A stretch of DNA of 64,000 nt from Paraspadella gotoi (taxonomy: Eukaryota; Animalia; Chaetognatha), in NCBI GenBank assembly GCA_051294375.1, contig CM119263.1, positions 7,860,635 through 7,924,634 on the forward strand, written 5' to 3'. Under the pieces are notes generated by a model. It was given only the letters and a program-made list of their open reading frames with translations, searched no databases and was not told the DNA's origin. How positions within the stretch are numbered: position 1 is the stretch's first letter; each line of letters begins with the position of its first letter. Below, one piece after another: positions 11,057 to 32,652 of the stretch. The translations under genes were made by a program, and so were the position numbers.

Positions 11057-13984
11057 CCACGATTTTCTCATACACCGATGAATCGGGAGTAAACGTATCC
11101 GTCGTCGTTGTCATCGTCGTCGACTCGAGTTGAACGATCTTCACTTTCTCCTCTTTTGTTTTTAGTTCTCCGCAACTCTGTTCGGCGGCGCCACCCCCGC
11201 TCGATCCTCTGGTCTTTTGTTGGTTTAAATTTTGATTCACGTCATCCAAGTTCGAACTCTTTTCTTCCGGTTGTAAGGGAGAATCATCGACGTCATCGAT
11301 TGTACTTTTGACGATCGGCGTCGGTGGTTGATGAATCTTCTCAACGTCTCGTTTTGATTGGTCGAGATCGAATCCCGATTCGTCGACGTCAGCGCTAATT
11401 CGATTCGGTCGAATTTCGAGGTAAACGTCGTTTGGATCGTCGATTCGATCGTCGCTTATCGATTCGACTCCAGCGATCGAGGGTAAGTTCCGTTCGATCC
11501 GAGATCCGAAGCCGGACGCGACGCTCGACTCGCTTCCGGCGAGATCGGCTCCCGCGTCACGGCCCGCTGTCAAGTTCGTATCCTTCGATGCATCTCCTTC
11601 GGCGCCTCGACCCGATTTATAATCCGCTTCCGACACTTTCGTCGAACTCAAGCGCGAGTCTCTCCCGTCGCTCATCGTCGAAATCTTTCTCGACAACGTC
11701 GTCGTCGTCGTCGTCTTCTTTTTGGCGAGCGACGCTCCTCGGGGATAAAAGGGAAAGACTTTGGCGGCGAGAAAGTCCGAGAAGCGGCGTTTGTAGAACG
11801 AGGGATTGGTGACGGAGATGGTCTTCTCATCGTAAAAGGTCGACTTCCAGGCGTGCTCCATCTTCTTGAACATCTTGTACCTAGAGTGAGGTTATATAGG
11901 ACCGTTTGAAGTATGCCGTATTAGTTATCCAAATTGTCCAAAGATCAGCAGGGCCGAATGACTCAAAAGGTCAGTTTTCACCTCAGGCATCGATGACTTA
12001 CCTTTGCAAGATGTCGATGATTCCCACGAAGAGCAGCAGCCTCTCTCCCTGAGCATTTCGCGCGGGAATCCCTCCCGTCAATTTAAGCATTTCCTCGTCG
12101 ACTTCAGTGAAGAGGTCGTAATCGGCGAACTCCTCGTCGTTGGCGATCACGTTTTGGACGACCTCGAAGGCGGTGAATCTAAAAGGAGGGGAATTTTGAA
12201 GCAGGCTAACTGTTTATGACAATTGTTTACAGTTAATAACAGTTAATATAGGTTCGATGGTTTAGTTAAGCTAAAAAATTATGCTACTTTTTATGTCAAA
12301 CCAACCGACAGTCTTTGAAAAATGGTGGCGAGCGGCGACAAAAAAAAGCTAGAATACAACATTGTTCAACAATTCAACAATGTTCACTGTTCACTGAACA
12401 GTTCAGTGTTCCGTCGATATACCTGTTGGTTCTTTTCGAGTTTTGCCTCAAAAACATCACTGACGCATCCGGTGAATCTCCTCCTCCCACCCCGACTCTT
12501 TCGTCGACGTCTCGCTCCTCACCCTCCAGACTTCTCACCGACTTCCTCGCCTCTTCCACCTTGTCCAGATTGTGTATCCCCAGTAGGAGCGAAAAGTCCA
12601 TGATGCCGAAGGACTCCAGCACGCGACAGTCCCGCTCCACCGTCTCAAGGATGGCCTTTCGGTAGGCGGCCCCGAGTTTGAGGCCTTTGGGGTGAATGGC
12701 GAGGAAGTCGAGGTCTTTTAAAGTTGGTCGGGACTTGCGCCGCTCTGCTTTGGAGGCCTTCCTCTTGAAAGTTGACCCTAACAAAAATAAGAAGTGATTA
12801 AATAACTTAATTAATCGATTAATTAAGTTCACTTATTTCTATTTACATTTTGAGATGTTCTGTGTGTTTGTTTTTTAAACAGTAGCGATACTGCATGATA
12901 AAACTTCATTGCATATTGTGCACATTGGACTCTGCAAACCTTTGAGATCGAATTTTTCGTGCATCTCCAGCGTCGAAGGAAGCAGATTGTTCATGACGAC
13001 GAATCGGATGTTCTTGTTGAGCGTCTGGTAGCAAAAGTGGCCAAAGAATTTGGGAAGGAGCGTGCGGGGATTCTGGACGAGGTTCATGTAGTAACCGGGC
13101 AAGAGTTTGAGGAGGAACTTGGCCTCTTTGGAGTCGACCGTTTTCACGATGAAGTCGTCGTCCGCGGAAAGGAAGAAGATGCTGCCGGAGGCGCCCGCGT
13201 TGGAAAGAGACTTCAACTCCGCGCCGCACAACGACATCAGGAAGTCGGCGGCGTTGAGGCCGAACGCCTCCCGGAAGAAACGAAATCCTGGCGGAGAAAA
13301 TATGAACTTTTAGATTGCCTAGAAACAAAAGGGAAATCCTAGTGGCAGAATTGAAAATCAATGTCTGATTGAAAAACTGCAAAAAAAAAAAAAAAAAAAA
13401 AAAACTTACAAATTCGTTTAACGAAAATTCTGCGGGTTATCGATTCAGATAACGAACCAATATTTGCTATTTTATTGCTCATCCGGGCTGCATTGTTCTC
13501 TGTTATAGCAATTGTCAAACTTATATTTTTGCACCACCCTGATTACCAATGACAAGTACCCATCTGCCCCCTTGGCCCCAAAAGAACTCAGCATTCCTGC
13601 ACCCCAACCAACATCACACTCCACGATCTCACCTTCCGGTGCATAGCACTCGAAGACAAAGTCGGAGCCGGAATGGGCGACGGTGCCGGGAGATCCGGCC
13701 GACGGGAATTGCTTAGACTCGACCACGTGAAAATCCTGAAAAATCAGTTAATTATTTTTTTAATACTCCAAAGTAGTTGTTATCATCGTCCTCGTCTGGA
13801 CCTGGTAGAGGACGTCGCCGACCGGCTTTGCCGAGATCTTGCCGACGAAGTGATGGAGACCCAACCGAAATCCGGCGGCGAGTTCGTCGGCTGGCGTTTT
13901 CTTGAAGGAGACGGTCCCGGCGCCGTCGACGCGAAGGTGTCCAACTTTCTGTTGTTTATCGTCTTTTTTACGACGAATCGACAT
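10830..13984 (-). CDS. PIP5K1: Phosphatidylinositol 4-phosphate 5-kinase type I
   Basis: Exons 13984-13802, 13735-13633, 13287-12940, 12777-12423, 12178-12002, 11880-10830, in phase. Motifs: [50 protein letters not shown], and the type I activation loop KKMEHAWK. Long acidic tail. Confidence 0.93.
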
Positions 13985-15071
13985 TGTCACGTCGTCTTTG
14001 GGGGGCGTGGCAGACGGGAGGGTGGTATTTGGTCGGGTCGCCGTCGATAAATGTTTGAAGGAGGCACCGAAGTGGAATTCGTAATGGCGATAACAAAGTT
14101 TCTCCGTTTGATTCCTTTGTTTGTGGAATTCGGACTAATCATCACAAGCGCTTATGTCTGCACTCTTAACCGATGCAAATTATCTAGTAATTTTATGAAA
14201 AATCGTTTTAAAGTTTAAAAACGTCGAAAGTAATGAATCTTTAGGTTATTTAAAAAAAAGGCGACCGCCCAGGCGTACGTTTTTTTTTATTTAAATTTCG
14301 CATTATTTGTTTGTTTTTTCGAGGGTTTTCATTTCAGAAATTTTAAGCGAACTCAATTTAATTAGTAGTGAGTAAATTCGTAACTCTAGCGACGTGAAAT
14401 TCGTGACAAAAACAGTCCAACTCGTTTCCCGATAAAGAAAAGAAAGAAGAAAAAAAAGAAAAGAAAAACATCCGACCTTTATTTTGTCTTCAATTTTTTT
14501 TTTCTTTTATTTTTTTTCATTATGAACGTTTAAATTTAAAAGAAAACTCGTCCATTCGAATCTGCTGGTCGGACGGAAACGAAGGCGCTGTCCTCTCCTC
14601 GCCAGTGAAACGGATTTCATTTGCCAGCAGCTCGTAACAATACAACCGAGGACCACGATAAAACAACAACAACAACAACATTAATCGGATATCGTGGTCG
14701 ATTTTGTTATCACGTGTCCTGTGAACCGCGGAGTGGCGTGATTGGTGAACCGATTCGCGTGACGGGATCCGTGGTTGTCGTCGTCGTCGGCGTCGTCGTC
14801 GTCGTCGTCGGCAGAGGTAAAATAACTCAAGTTGGAATCTGTTTGGTAAACATATATCTTAGGAAGATCGATAGTTGTTACTTTATAATGATCTAATATT
14901 TCATATTTCATATTTGTATTCTAATGAAAGATCAATGGTTGGTAGAATTTGTTGCGCATTGTTTATTTCAGAAAATAAATTATTTGCTTTTGTAAGGAGA
15001 GGATTTAGTCTTGTAGTTGTTGTGTTCGATCCCGATTTGAATGTCGACGCGATAGTGTCTCTCGAAAAGAG

Positions 15072-15167
<96 letters not shown>

Positions 15168-15714
15168 ATCAAAGAAAGAGGGAAAAATCTGGAAATGAAT
15201 CGAAGTTGGGTCTTTTGAGTCACCAAACTACTTTTGTTTTCCGGTTATAAAGTATATGTTTTTTTTTAGTCTAGAAAAAAATTATTAATTAAGATCATTA
15301 GCCAATTCAACTCTCTCTAAAACTTGGCCAAATTGCGGAACTCTAGGGTGCGGTAGATAAACAGTACTTGAGACAGTAACGGAGAGAAAAGTCCCATTAC
15401 TGCAGAATTGAATTAAGTCTGTTCAGGGGAATTTATGTTCGAAACGGTTGGGGGGCCTCAAAGGAAAACTTGGGGCGCATAATCCGCGGCGTTCCTTGAA
15501 TTTCAAATTGATTTACGTTTCCCGACTTTTTTTTATTCTTGTCCTATCAATTAATCCTTATTCTTTAAGCCTTAGTAAGTATTAACGTTTATTTACCTCA
15601 CGACTATATTTAATTTTCGTTTAGCCTTTTGAAATAAATTCATTCTATACCAACTAAAAATTAAAATACCGAAAAACCAATCGAGATTTTGAAATCTCGA
15701 ATTCTGATTTCGCG

Positions 15715-16478
15715 ATGCGATGGCCCCCAGGAAAACCGAACTCAATGGGACATCGGGACCCAAGCGATCGACGACCTGAGACATCGGAAATGAACGACGA
15801 GGGCGATGACAACGACGAGGACGATGACAACGAGGGCGATGACAACGACGAGGTCAATGACGACGACGAGGTTCGTCCAAACATCGACAACAACAACGAC
15901 AGAGACGAAAAGAGCGACTCGGTCCGAGACAAGAACAACAACAACCCCGAGCCGGATAAAAACAACGAAGAGCGCCGAGAAAAGCGCCGCAAATTACAGG
16001 CGAATTATGACGACAAAAGACGTCGAAACGCGGAGCGGCGCCGCAACGCCGAGGCGTCGTTGTCGTCGTCGTCGATCGACGACGAAAACAGCGAAAACAA
16101 ATCGACTCATTATTTGAAGAAAAACTCATTTCTCTCGTGGCGTTCGCAAGACTCGGACGAATACGCTTTCGGCGCTTATAACAGCAAAGGCTCCGACGAC
16201 GGCGCCGGAAAAAGCGCCGGAAAACGCGCCGGGAAGGAGAAAGATGGGAGTCGTTTAAGAAAAAGTCCCCGCAAAGAAAAGGATGGGAGTCGTTTAAGGA
16301 AGGAAGAGGAAGTGAGTCGTGCGCCGAGAGTCACAGGGAAAAGCGGGAACAAGGGAGAAGGAGAAAGCGGAGGCGACGAAGGAGAAGCTGGACAAGAGGA
16401 CGCCGTCACGGAAGTCGGTTCGTTTAGTTTTTTAGTGAGAAACTGAGAATAATGTTTATATAATAATGCTATTTATTC

Positions 16479-16559
<81 letters not shown>

Positions 16560-19268
16560 TTTATTATGTAACTTTTTTTCTCAGTTATTGACCGTTCTAT
16601 GAGATTAATACCACTAATATAATCATTTTTCATTCATTCAATAAAAAGACAGGCCTCCATCCCTTTTACAAGTTAATAACATAGCATTACCCTACAAACT
16701 GTCAACCAAGCCTCTCTTTCTTACATTGTTTATTTCAACTATTGAAATTGTAGTAGATCGGAGTATACCAAATTGAATCGAAATACAAGGAGCTGACTGT
16801 TATGAAATGGACAATTTTTTACTGCTGGCGAAAATAATTTTTCTCTCTCGAAAGAACCCGAAGAACTCCCCAAGCAGAAAATCCGAGTGCGAATGGAAAG
16901 ACCCAAAGTCGTCGTTGAAAAAAAGACACAGGCAAGCAGGCCATTAGTGACCTCGGAAAAAAAAAAGCTAAATTAATCAGGCGAGCAGGCCTTGTAAGCA
17001 ATGTTAAGGCAAAAGTAATCTTGAGAGACGAGCGAGCCAAAGTTTAAACGAATTCGGGAGTCGCGATATAAAATAATAAGAACGGAAATTCAAATGTTGT
17101 GTTGCGCCGAAGTGATTTTGTTATCCCGTTTAACGTAAGTGGGACAGACCGACGGACAGACATACCGACCGACCAACAGACCGACCGAAACGTGATTTAT
17201 AAAATTGCCATGCGAGTACTCGCGGCGCAACTAATAAATATTAAGGTCGTAATTTGGAATCTTATCGGTGAAATAGTTAAATTGAGTGAACAAAAGACCC
17301 AAATTCAAAATTACAATTACAAAGTCAACGAAAGCTGTAATTAACTAAAAACATCCTTTTTTAAAAAAAAAATATCCCAATTCAGAATTACCGAAAACGA
17401 CGGACGAGGCGGAAGAACAATTGCTGTAACTGCTACTACTTCTACCGACTGAAGGAGTGGCGAATTCCGCGACACTTTTATTATCTCATGGTCTTTTTCA
17501 TCGTTTTTAACGTTTTTATAATCGTCTTCGCCGTCATATTTCTTCTCGACATTTACGTCATAGAGAGAAAGTGAGCTGGAGATCGATTGTCTGAGTTCGA
17601 GCCTTTCTCTCTTTTACTTCATTTTTCTTTGTCACTCTCTCTCTCTCTTTATTACTTTTTTGTTTTGTTTTTTTTTTGCTCGTTCCTTCGTTATTTAATT
17701 CATTCATTGATTCATTAAATCATTCGTTGATTTAGGTCCTTCGCAAAGACCTTTTACGACAGCATCTTGAATCACGACACGTTGAAAACGGTTCCCGGCA
17801 AATATCAGCAACTCACTGAAATTCGAATGAAGAATTATTACGCTTATTACATTTTGATCAGTGCGTTAATGACTAAGTCTTTTATCTAACTTTTGTTATA
17901 TTTATAATCATGATCCAAAATTTAGGCGTGACTTCTATCGTTTTAGCCATCATCGGATTTCTATGCATCACTCACACGCGGATCGCTTACATGTCGTGAG
18001 TGTCACCCGGGTTTTTTTTTACTTTTCTTTTCTTTTCTTTTCTTTTCTTTTCTTTTCTTTTCTTTTCTTCTCTTTTCGTTTCTTTTCGTTTCTTTTCTTT
18101 TTTTTTTGCTTTTCTTTTCTTTTATTTTCTCTTTTTCTATTTTCTTTTTTCTTTTTCTAATCCTTTTCATTTCCTTTCTCTTTTTCCTTTTTCACAGCTA
18201 CTGCTTCATGGCGGCGATTCAGATCGTTCTGCTGCTGATGGAATTAATCCTCAACATTGATCGAGTTTATCAAGAGCAGATCGTCGAGGTGATTCGTGAT
18301 TGATGTGAAGAGAGTGATGGAGTGACTCATACAAAATCGTGCAAATTGTTTTGATTCAGTTGATTTCAGGATCATTATATTTGTGGAAGTAAAATCCACC
18401 AACCGGCCATTGGTGCAGGAGGCAAGTCATTCGCCTCCCAACCCAAAAGTCCGGGGTTCTACCCCGGTGGTCGCCTAGCAGTTAAGAGGGACGGGGGGCT
18501 TAACCCGCCTGTAACACGGTGTTACAGCCTGATCCGAAGCTCAGGGACTGCTTATAACAATAATTACTGTCTCTTCAGTACGTACATTTATCTATACTTC
18601 CCAATCCCGAAACCCTCAGAGCTTTTTGTTCGAGCTCTTCCTTCAGTTCAAAGAGGAAAACCAAGATTTCGTGACTTACCTTCAAAATCGATTCAAATGT
18701 TGCGCCGTTCACGATTCCATGGACTACGTCTGTCGAGGTGAGCGCTGAGGGTAAGCGATTTGGTAAGGAGCAGCGAATGAGTGAAAAGAAGATTTCTGCA
18801 GGAATTTGGGACGGGAAGTGCAACGAGGACAAATACTTTCTGGCCTGCGACAAAAAGCCAAAGCTGGAAACCGTGACGGAGCGGAACAGGAGGATGCCCG
18901 TTATGAAGAAGCCCCAGTGAGGAGTGAATGTGTGAAAACGTGCAAGTTCAATAGTGAATATATTGAATATTACGATTACATTTAAGGAGATATGAAAGCT
19001 TATTGAGAAAACAATTTCACGCTTTGATTATGATCACGAATAGAAATTTTTAATAGCGTTCTTTCCCGGTTTTGCGAACAGCGACGCCTATGCGGAATAC
19101 TGGAGCGTCGTTCGCGGTTGCTTCAACCAGATATTCCCCGTCTGGTACAAAATCTGGAACGACACCATGTCCCTTTGGCTCCTCTGCTTTCTCATCATCA
19201 CAATAAGCATGTAGATCACGATATCTCGGGAGGGGATAAATAACGATGTTTGCTAAAATCTCATCTCT

Positions 19269-19340
<72 letters not shown>

Positions 19341-19342
19341 TT

Positions 19343-19417
<75 letters not shown>

Positions 19418-20659
19418 CTTACAGTTGCGTTCATGATTGCGTTAATAGCGAACCTCGAGTGGAAAATCTTGTCGCCTGAAGTCCGTGAGTAGATTATTTG
19501 AGAGGAACACGAATGACTTTATGGCGATTAACTAATACTAGGCTTAGTTATTTCGTCTCAATTGAAATAGGATTTTTGTTTCGGTAGCTCTGTACGTTTA
19601 CATGAGACAACACTGGAGGAAAAACCCTGTACATCCACCAAAGGGAGAACAGACGTCGCAGATGCGAACGTGAGAAAAAGAGATACATTATACAGGGAGG
19701 TCCGACTCTTTCCGGAAAAAAATCAACTTACAGCTCGGGAATTTTTCCGCCACTTTTCTAAGCCAAATTTTCTAAATTAAAATGAAATAAAATGAAATTG
19801 AAAAGGCATACAAAAAGGAAAGTTAAATCTGGGAGAGATAAATAGAAATACAGGCATTGGACGGAGCAATAGAGTGGAGATCTCGGGAACAAAAATTGTA
19901 TATAAGTGAACAAACAAGGATATTGAAACGTAAGATATTATTTTGCTCATATTATTGGGGGAACAATATCATAAAATACAATAAATTTATAGCAGTATCT
20001 TTATAAAATAGAAAATTTAAAAGAAAAATTTTAGGGAATATTTATTACCGATTCTGATTCTTCCTAAAAAGTTGGATCAAAAATATAAAAAATGTTATAA
20101 CTTATAAAAAATTCTCCACTTTTTCAGTCTCAGTCGTAGAAACTATTTGTGTATGATGAATCGTTTCACTCAGTTTTTGCAGTTTTAACCTAAAATTATC
20201 ATAAACATATTTTACAAAAGTTCCTTTTTGGCGAAAACGAAACTTTTTAAAATTAAAAAAAAAAATTTTTTTGAAATTTTATGATTTTATAAGAATATTA
20301 CTATAAAGAAAATTCAATTTACTTGTTACTTGTTTACAAATGTTTTTTGAAAAGGGCTCAATTATTGTTTAATACACATACAAAGGCAGCAAAAAACATT
20401 GTTCAATCACTCAATCTTTTTATCTCTCCACCCAACTGAGTAAGATCATTAAATGGTCCTCAGTCTCTACTTCCACTTATTCCTCCGTTCTCCCTCCGAA
20501 CCCCCACACCACCAACACCCCAGTCCCAAAGAGGCCCCAGATGGAGCCCGTCCGTCCCGCGCCGTCTCGAAGCGGAGCTCCACCTTCCGGACGGCGACGT
20601 TCGACGACACTTCCTTCGATCCTCAGAAGAGTCGAAAGATCGGGAGTCTGGAGGAGTAA
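15715..20659 (+). CDS. Atypical tetraspanin-like protein with long charged N-terminus
   Basis: Exons 15715-16413, 17386-17570, 17736-17797, 17926-17995, 18198-18288, 18620-18737, 18802-18916, 19082-19206, 19425-19484, 19588-19669, 20524-20659. Four TM segments; the large loop contains LQNRFKCCAVHDSMDY...RGCF with 6 Cys. Two GC donors are needed to keep the frame. The start codon is uncertain. Confidence 0.7.
16480..16557. repeat. (ATT)n microsatellite
   Basis: Perfect trinucleotide run. An (AAT)n run also lies at ~25518-25604. Confidence 0.95.
17040..17235 (+). mobile_element. Helentron/HINE-like non-autonomous fragment
   Basis: GACA/GACC/GACG microsatellite followed by gtgatttata and a terminal hairpin gcgagtactcgc...caactaa. 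Same layout as 30770-31236. The 5' boundary is approximate. Confidence 0.45.
18383..18577 (+). mobile_element. tRNA(Gly)-like headed SINE, copy 1
   Basis: A-box tggtgcaggagg, a tcgcctcccaa loop and B-box ggttctacccc. Closely similar to 32422-32652. Confidence 0.75.
19285..19416. repeat. (TTTC)n microsatellite
   Basis: Tetranucleotide run. Others at ~40126-40218 and ~51670-51763, plus (TTTTC)n at ~18023-18070. Confidence 0.95.
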
Positions 20660-20900
20660 GAGTTCGTCATCAATCGGTACCGGGATTTCACCGTCAACCG
20701 GAATTTGGAAGTCGAGAGGCTGATGAAAGAGCAAGAAGGTTCGCCGTCGCCCAAGGATTTGAGCGGGTGATTTGAAAATTTGATGTTAAAATACGTTGAA
20801 TTTGTCAATTGTATATTCTAAAATAGACGTATTTTCGTAAAAATATATTTTTTAATTTTTTTTATTAGGATATCTTAGGCTTTTGCTTGAGCTTCGTCTA

Positions 20901-21193
20901 CATGGAGGTCCAGCTCTTATAGGACTAAGATTAAAAATTCGTTTGGATGGGTAAATAAAATAATTATTATAATTATTATTATATATATGTAAAAAATTGT
21001 AAAGATTACATAATCCATATTTATTTTTGACCTTCTCAAAGTGTGTATAAAAGGCGGCATATGCTTTTGTGACCGCGCCCGTTATTTCTGCTGACAGAAA
21101 GACGACAGTTCTGGAGGGTCATTCTGCATCTCTATCCTACATTTTCGAGCTGTAAGCGCTTAAAGTTAGTCCCAACAGACCTGGACCTCCCTG
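20901..21193. mobile_element. Tc1/mariner-type MITE
   Basis: TA|catggaggtccag ... ctggacctccctg|TA, with further subterminal inverted similarity (ggactaa/ttagtcc). A related lone end sits at 19693-19740. Confidence 0.7.
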
Positions 21194-21795
21194 TAAATTA
21201 ATCTCGGTAGCTACTGTCCGAAGTTCTGCAGCCGTAAATACGTTAGACTTTCACGTTCCTTTTTCATTATTAAAAAAGAATATACAAGCAAGACTATATT
21301 TGCACCTAGTCCTCGCTAAAAAAGATATTCTTTGGTTCTAAAAATTGATTTATTTTCAACTAATTTACTAATATATTGACAAAAGGTTGATTTTTTTATG
21401 ATTGGATAGGAAAAGTTTTTTAATTTAAAAAAAATAATAAATATAAATTTACATTGATTATCAGTTTTACGGGGCATTCTACGAATTGACAGTCGCAGAG
21501 TTAAGTATATAATGTTATTGAGTAAAACTGAGGCAAATTAGTACATCTTGACAAACTTAAAATAACATAATTAGTTTCTCAAGATTTATTAACTGTTTAT
21601 TGTTACTGTAGTAATTGCAATCACAGTTTATAGTTGAACATGAAGATAATATTACTTAAGTTATTCTCTTTTTGAGTATCTTTGGCTCAAATACCAATTA
21701 AATATATGTTACAGCGGAGAGCATTGGTGAATGTAAGCCATTGCACGAGTTCGAATGAGTTACAATAAAGATTAGACAAACAACGACATCCGTCC

Positions 21796-30211
<8,416 letters not shown>

Positions 30212-30769
30212 CTCGATGTGAATGTTCTAATTTTATATTTTCGAAAAGTGTAGTATTAAATTTACTAAAAAGAGTAAAATTAAACTTGCAGACAAAGAGT
30301 TTTGTAGATTCAAAAAGATTCCTACAGACTGTTTTCAGAGGTGGTCAAGTAAAATGAGCATTGAGCAATAATTTAAAAACAAGTTTAAGCAAACATTGTC
30401 GGATCTGCCCACGATCATTAGCGGTAATTAAATAATAAATTAATTAATTATGCATTATATATTATATTACTTTTCCTCATGATCCGTTTTTTGTTTTTTT
30501 TTGGTCTGACCACGATGATGGCGACAACAATAATGCCGATAACGATTGACTTGAGTGATTGATTTATTGTTAGATTAAATAATTAATTAATAGATAAATA
30601 AATTGATTGATTGAACAATTAATTAATAGATAAATAAATTGATTGATTGATTAATTAATTGACTAATTAACTAATTAATTATTTGATTAATTAATACATC
30701 TTGTATTTACATTTAATCTAAAAAGAAAAAAAAGCATAATCAATTAGTGAAACAGGTTTTTTGTTTATT

Positions 30770-31236
30770 CCATTTAAACTCATTTCCACTAAGACGATTA
30801 CAACGAAACTTGATTTCCAGCTTAATCACACACTTTCCTACCCACATACAAAATTTCAAGTCACTCGCCCTATCTACTTTGAATAGTAAAGTATATTTTT
30901 TTGGTTTTTTTTCCATTTAAACTCATTTCCACTCGCACGATTCCATCGAAACTTCATAAGTTCATATCCAGCTCAATCACACACTTTCCTACCCACACAC
31001 AAAATTTCATTCGAATCCATCCATCCAATCACGAGCAATTGGAGTTTTTTGCTAAGGTGGGACGCCCGGACAGACGGACGGACGGACGGACATCGGTTTT
31101 TTTTGTATAATTTATCATAATTCGATATTCTGACATGATATAAGTGAATGCCCGACAAGATTGAGGGGGCGGACCGATGGACCGACAAAGTGACTTATAG
31201 AGTCGGGATCTGCTGATAAGCAAATCCGACTAAAAA
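30770..31236 (+). mobile_element. Helentron/HINE-like non-autonomous element
   Basis: Internal ~90-100-bp duplication (ccatttaaactcatttccact...aaaatttca), a (GACG)n tract, and a 3' end gtgacttatagagtcgg-hairpin-ccgactaaaa. Confidence 0.6.
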
Positions 31237-32140
31237 ACAAAACACAGGCAATCGTTGATTTTCGCAATGCAACGACTCGTCAGTTTCACAAATTGGCAAT
31301 GTATTTGCTTAATTTAGCTGTACTACTTGACCACGAATGAGCAGGTAAATATTGATAATTTTGAGTTTACGAAAATTGAAGAAAAGGATAGAGAATTTTT
31401 CTTTTCCGGTCAGACGATTGAAAGCGACTTAATGTTTTCAAGGAGACGATTATTAAACGATTCTAGTTCAAGATATGAGATGTCGTGCGTCGTTTTCCTC
31501 TCAAACAACGTAACCAAAAAATAACAATTAACTTTTTCTTTTTGTAATAAAGTTTGTAGAAAATAGCTAAAGAAGTAATTGGGAAAAATTGTTACAAATT
31601 TCGGATCGAAAGATTTTACCTGGAAACGGAAAGCGCGCTAAAGTTTTTGGTAGTCTTCATAAAAAATGATATTGTAGATATTGTAGTTAAATGCAATTTT
31701 TATTTCAGTTTCTAATATAACGATTCCTAAAATCGGTCGTGGGATTATTTTTATTAATTTAACATCGTCTCAACCCTTGTTTCTGAATCCATTTGGGTTC
31801 CGAACTCGATGCATAATCTAAAGTAAATGGGTTAATACCAGATCCGGGATTTCCGATCGCGTTAAAATCCGTCTTTGACTGGGACCATAAATAATGAGAA
31901 GGGAATAGAATCGAATTGAAACACAGGAAATTAATATGGTTTTGGGCGATGGTTATTACGTGACCAGCAACTCCTTCATATCTTTGTTCAAGTTCATTAA
32001 AATAAGTCGGAAAAATAAAAGATAATAATTGCTATTCGGGTGGTTCCTGATTTTGTTTAAATAATCAGAATGAATTATCGAAAGAAGTGCTTGAAAGTTT
32101 ATTTACTCATTTACTCTTTTACAACGTTAAAGTTTATGGT

Positions 32141-32154
32141 GTATCCAGGGTAAC
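32141..32154. promoter_or_regulatory. RFX X-box-like motif
   Basis: GTATCCAGGGTAAC, between the divergent ciliary genes JHY and IQCD. Confidence 0.55.
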
Positions 32155-32421
32155 CGTCTGAGAATCAGATGGTCTTATGTTTTTTCTAGAATTTATAAAA
32201 ATCGTCGTCGTTGTTGTTGTTAAATCTTAATTTTTAACTTTGGTTGATTTTATGTCTACTCGTAACTTTCTTCTTAAAAGCAAAAGCTTTTATTATGATT
32301 AAAGTTTTAAGTGATAATAAAATTTGTACGAGTCAGAGTCGACAGTATGTAGTATGTACCGATTTATGCCCAAATATGTTACTAGAGAATTTCTCGTGTT
32401 TTTTAAAACTTTATCCATTAT

Positions 32422-32652
32422 GGTGGACTAAAATCCACCAACCGTTCATCAGCGGCCATTGGTGCCGGAGGCAAGTCATTCGCCTCCCAACCCAAAGCTC
32501 CGGAGTTCTAGCCCGGTGGCCGCCTCGCAGTTAAGAGGGACGGGGCGCTTAACCCGCCTGTAACATGGTGTTACAGCCTGCTCCGAAGCAAAGGGACTGC
32601 TTATATTGAATGGTTCTGTCACTAACATATAACAATTATTACTGTCTCTTCA
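32422..32652 (+). mobile_element. tRNA(Gly)-like headed SINE, copy 2
   Basis: Aligns by eye with 18383-18577 over head, body and the actgtctcttca tail. Confidence 0.75.
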
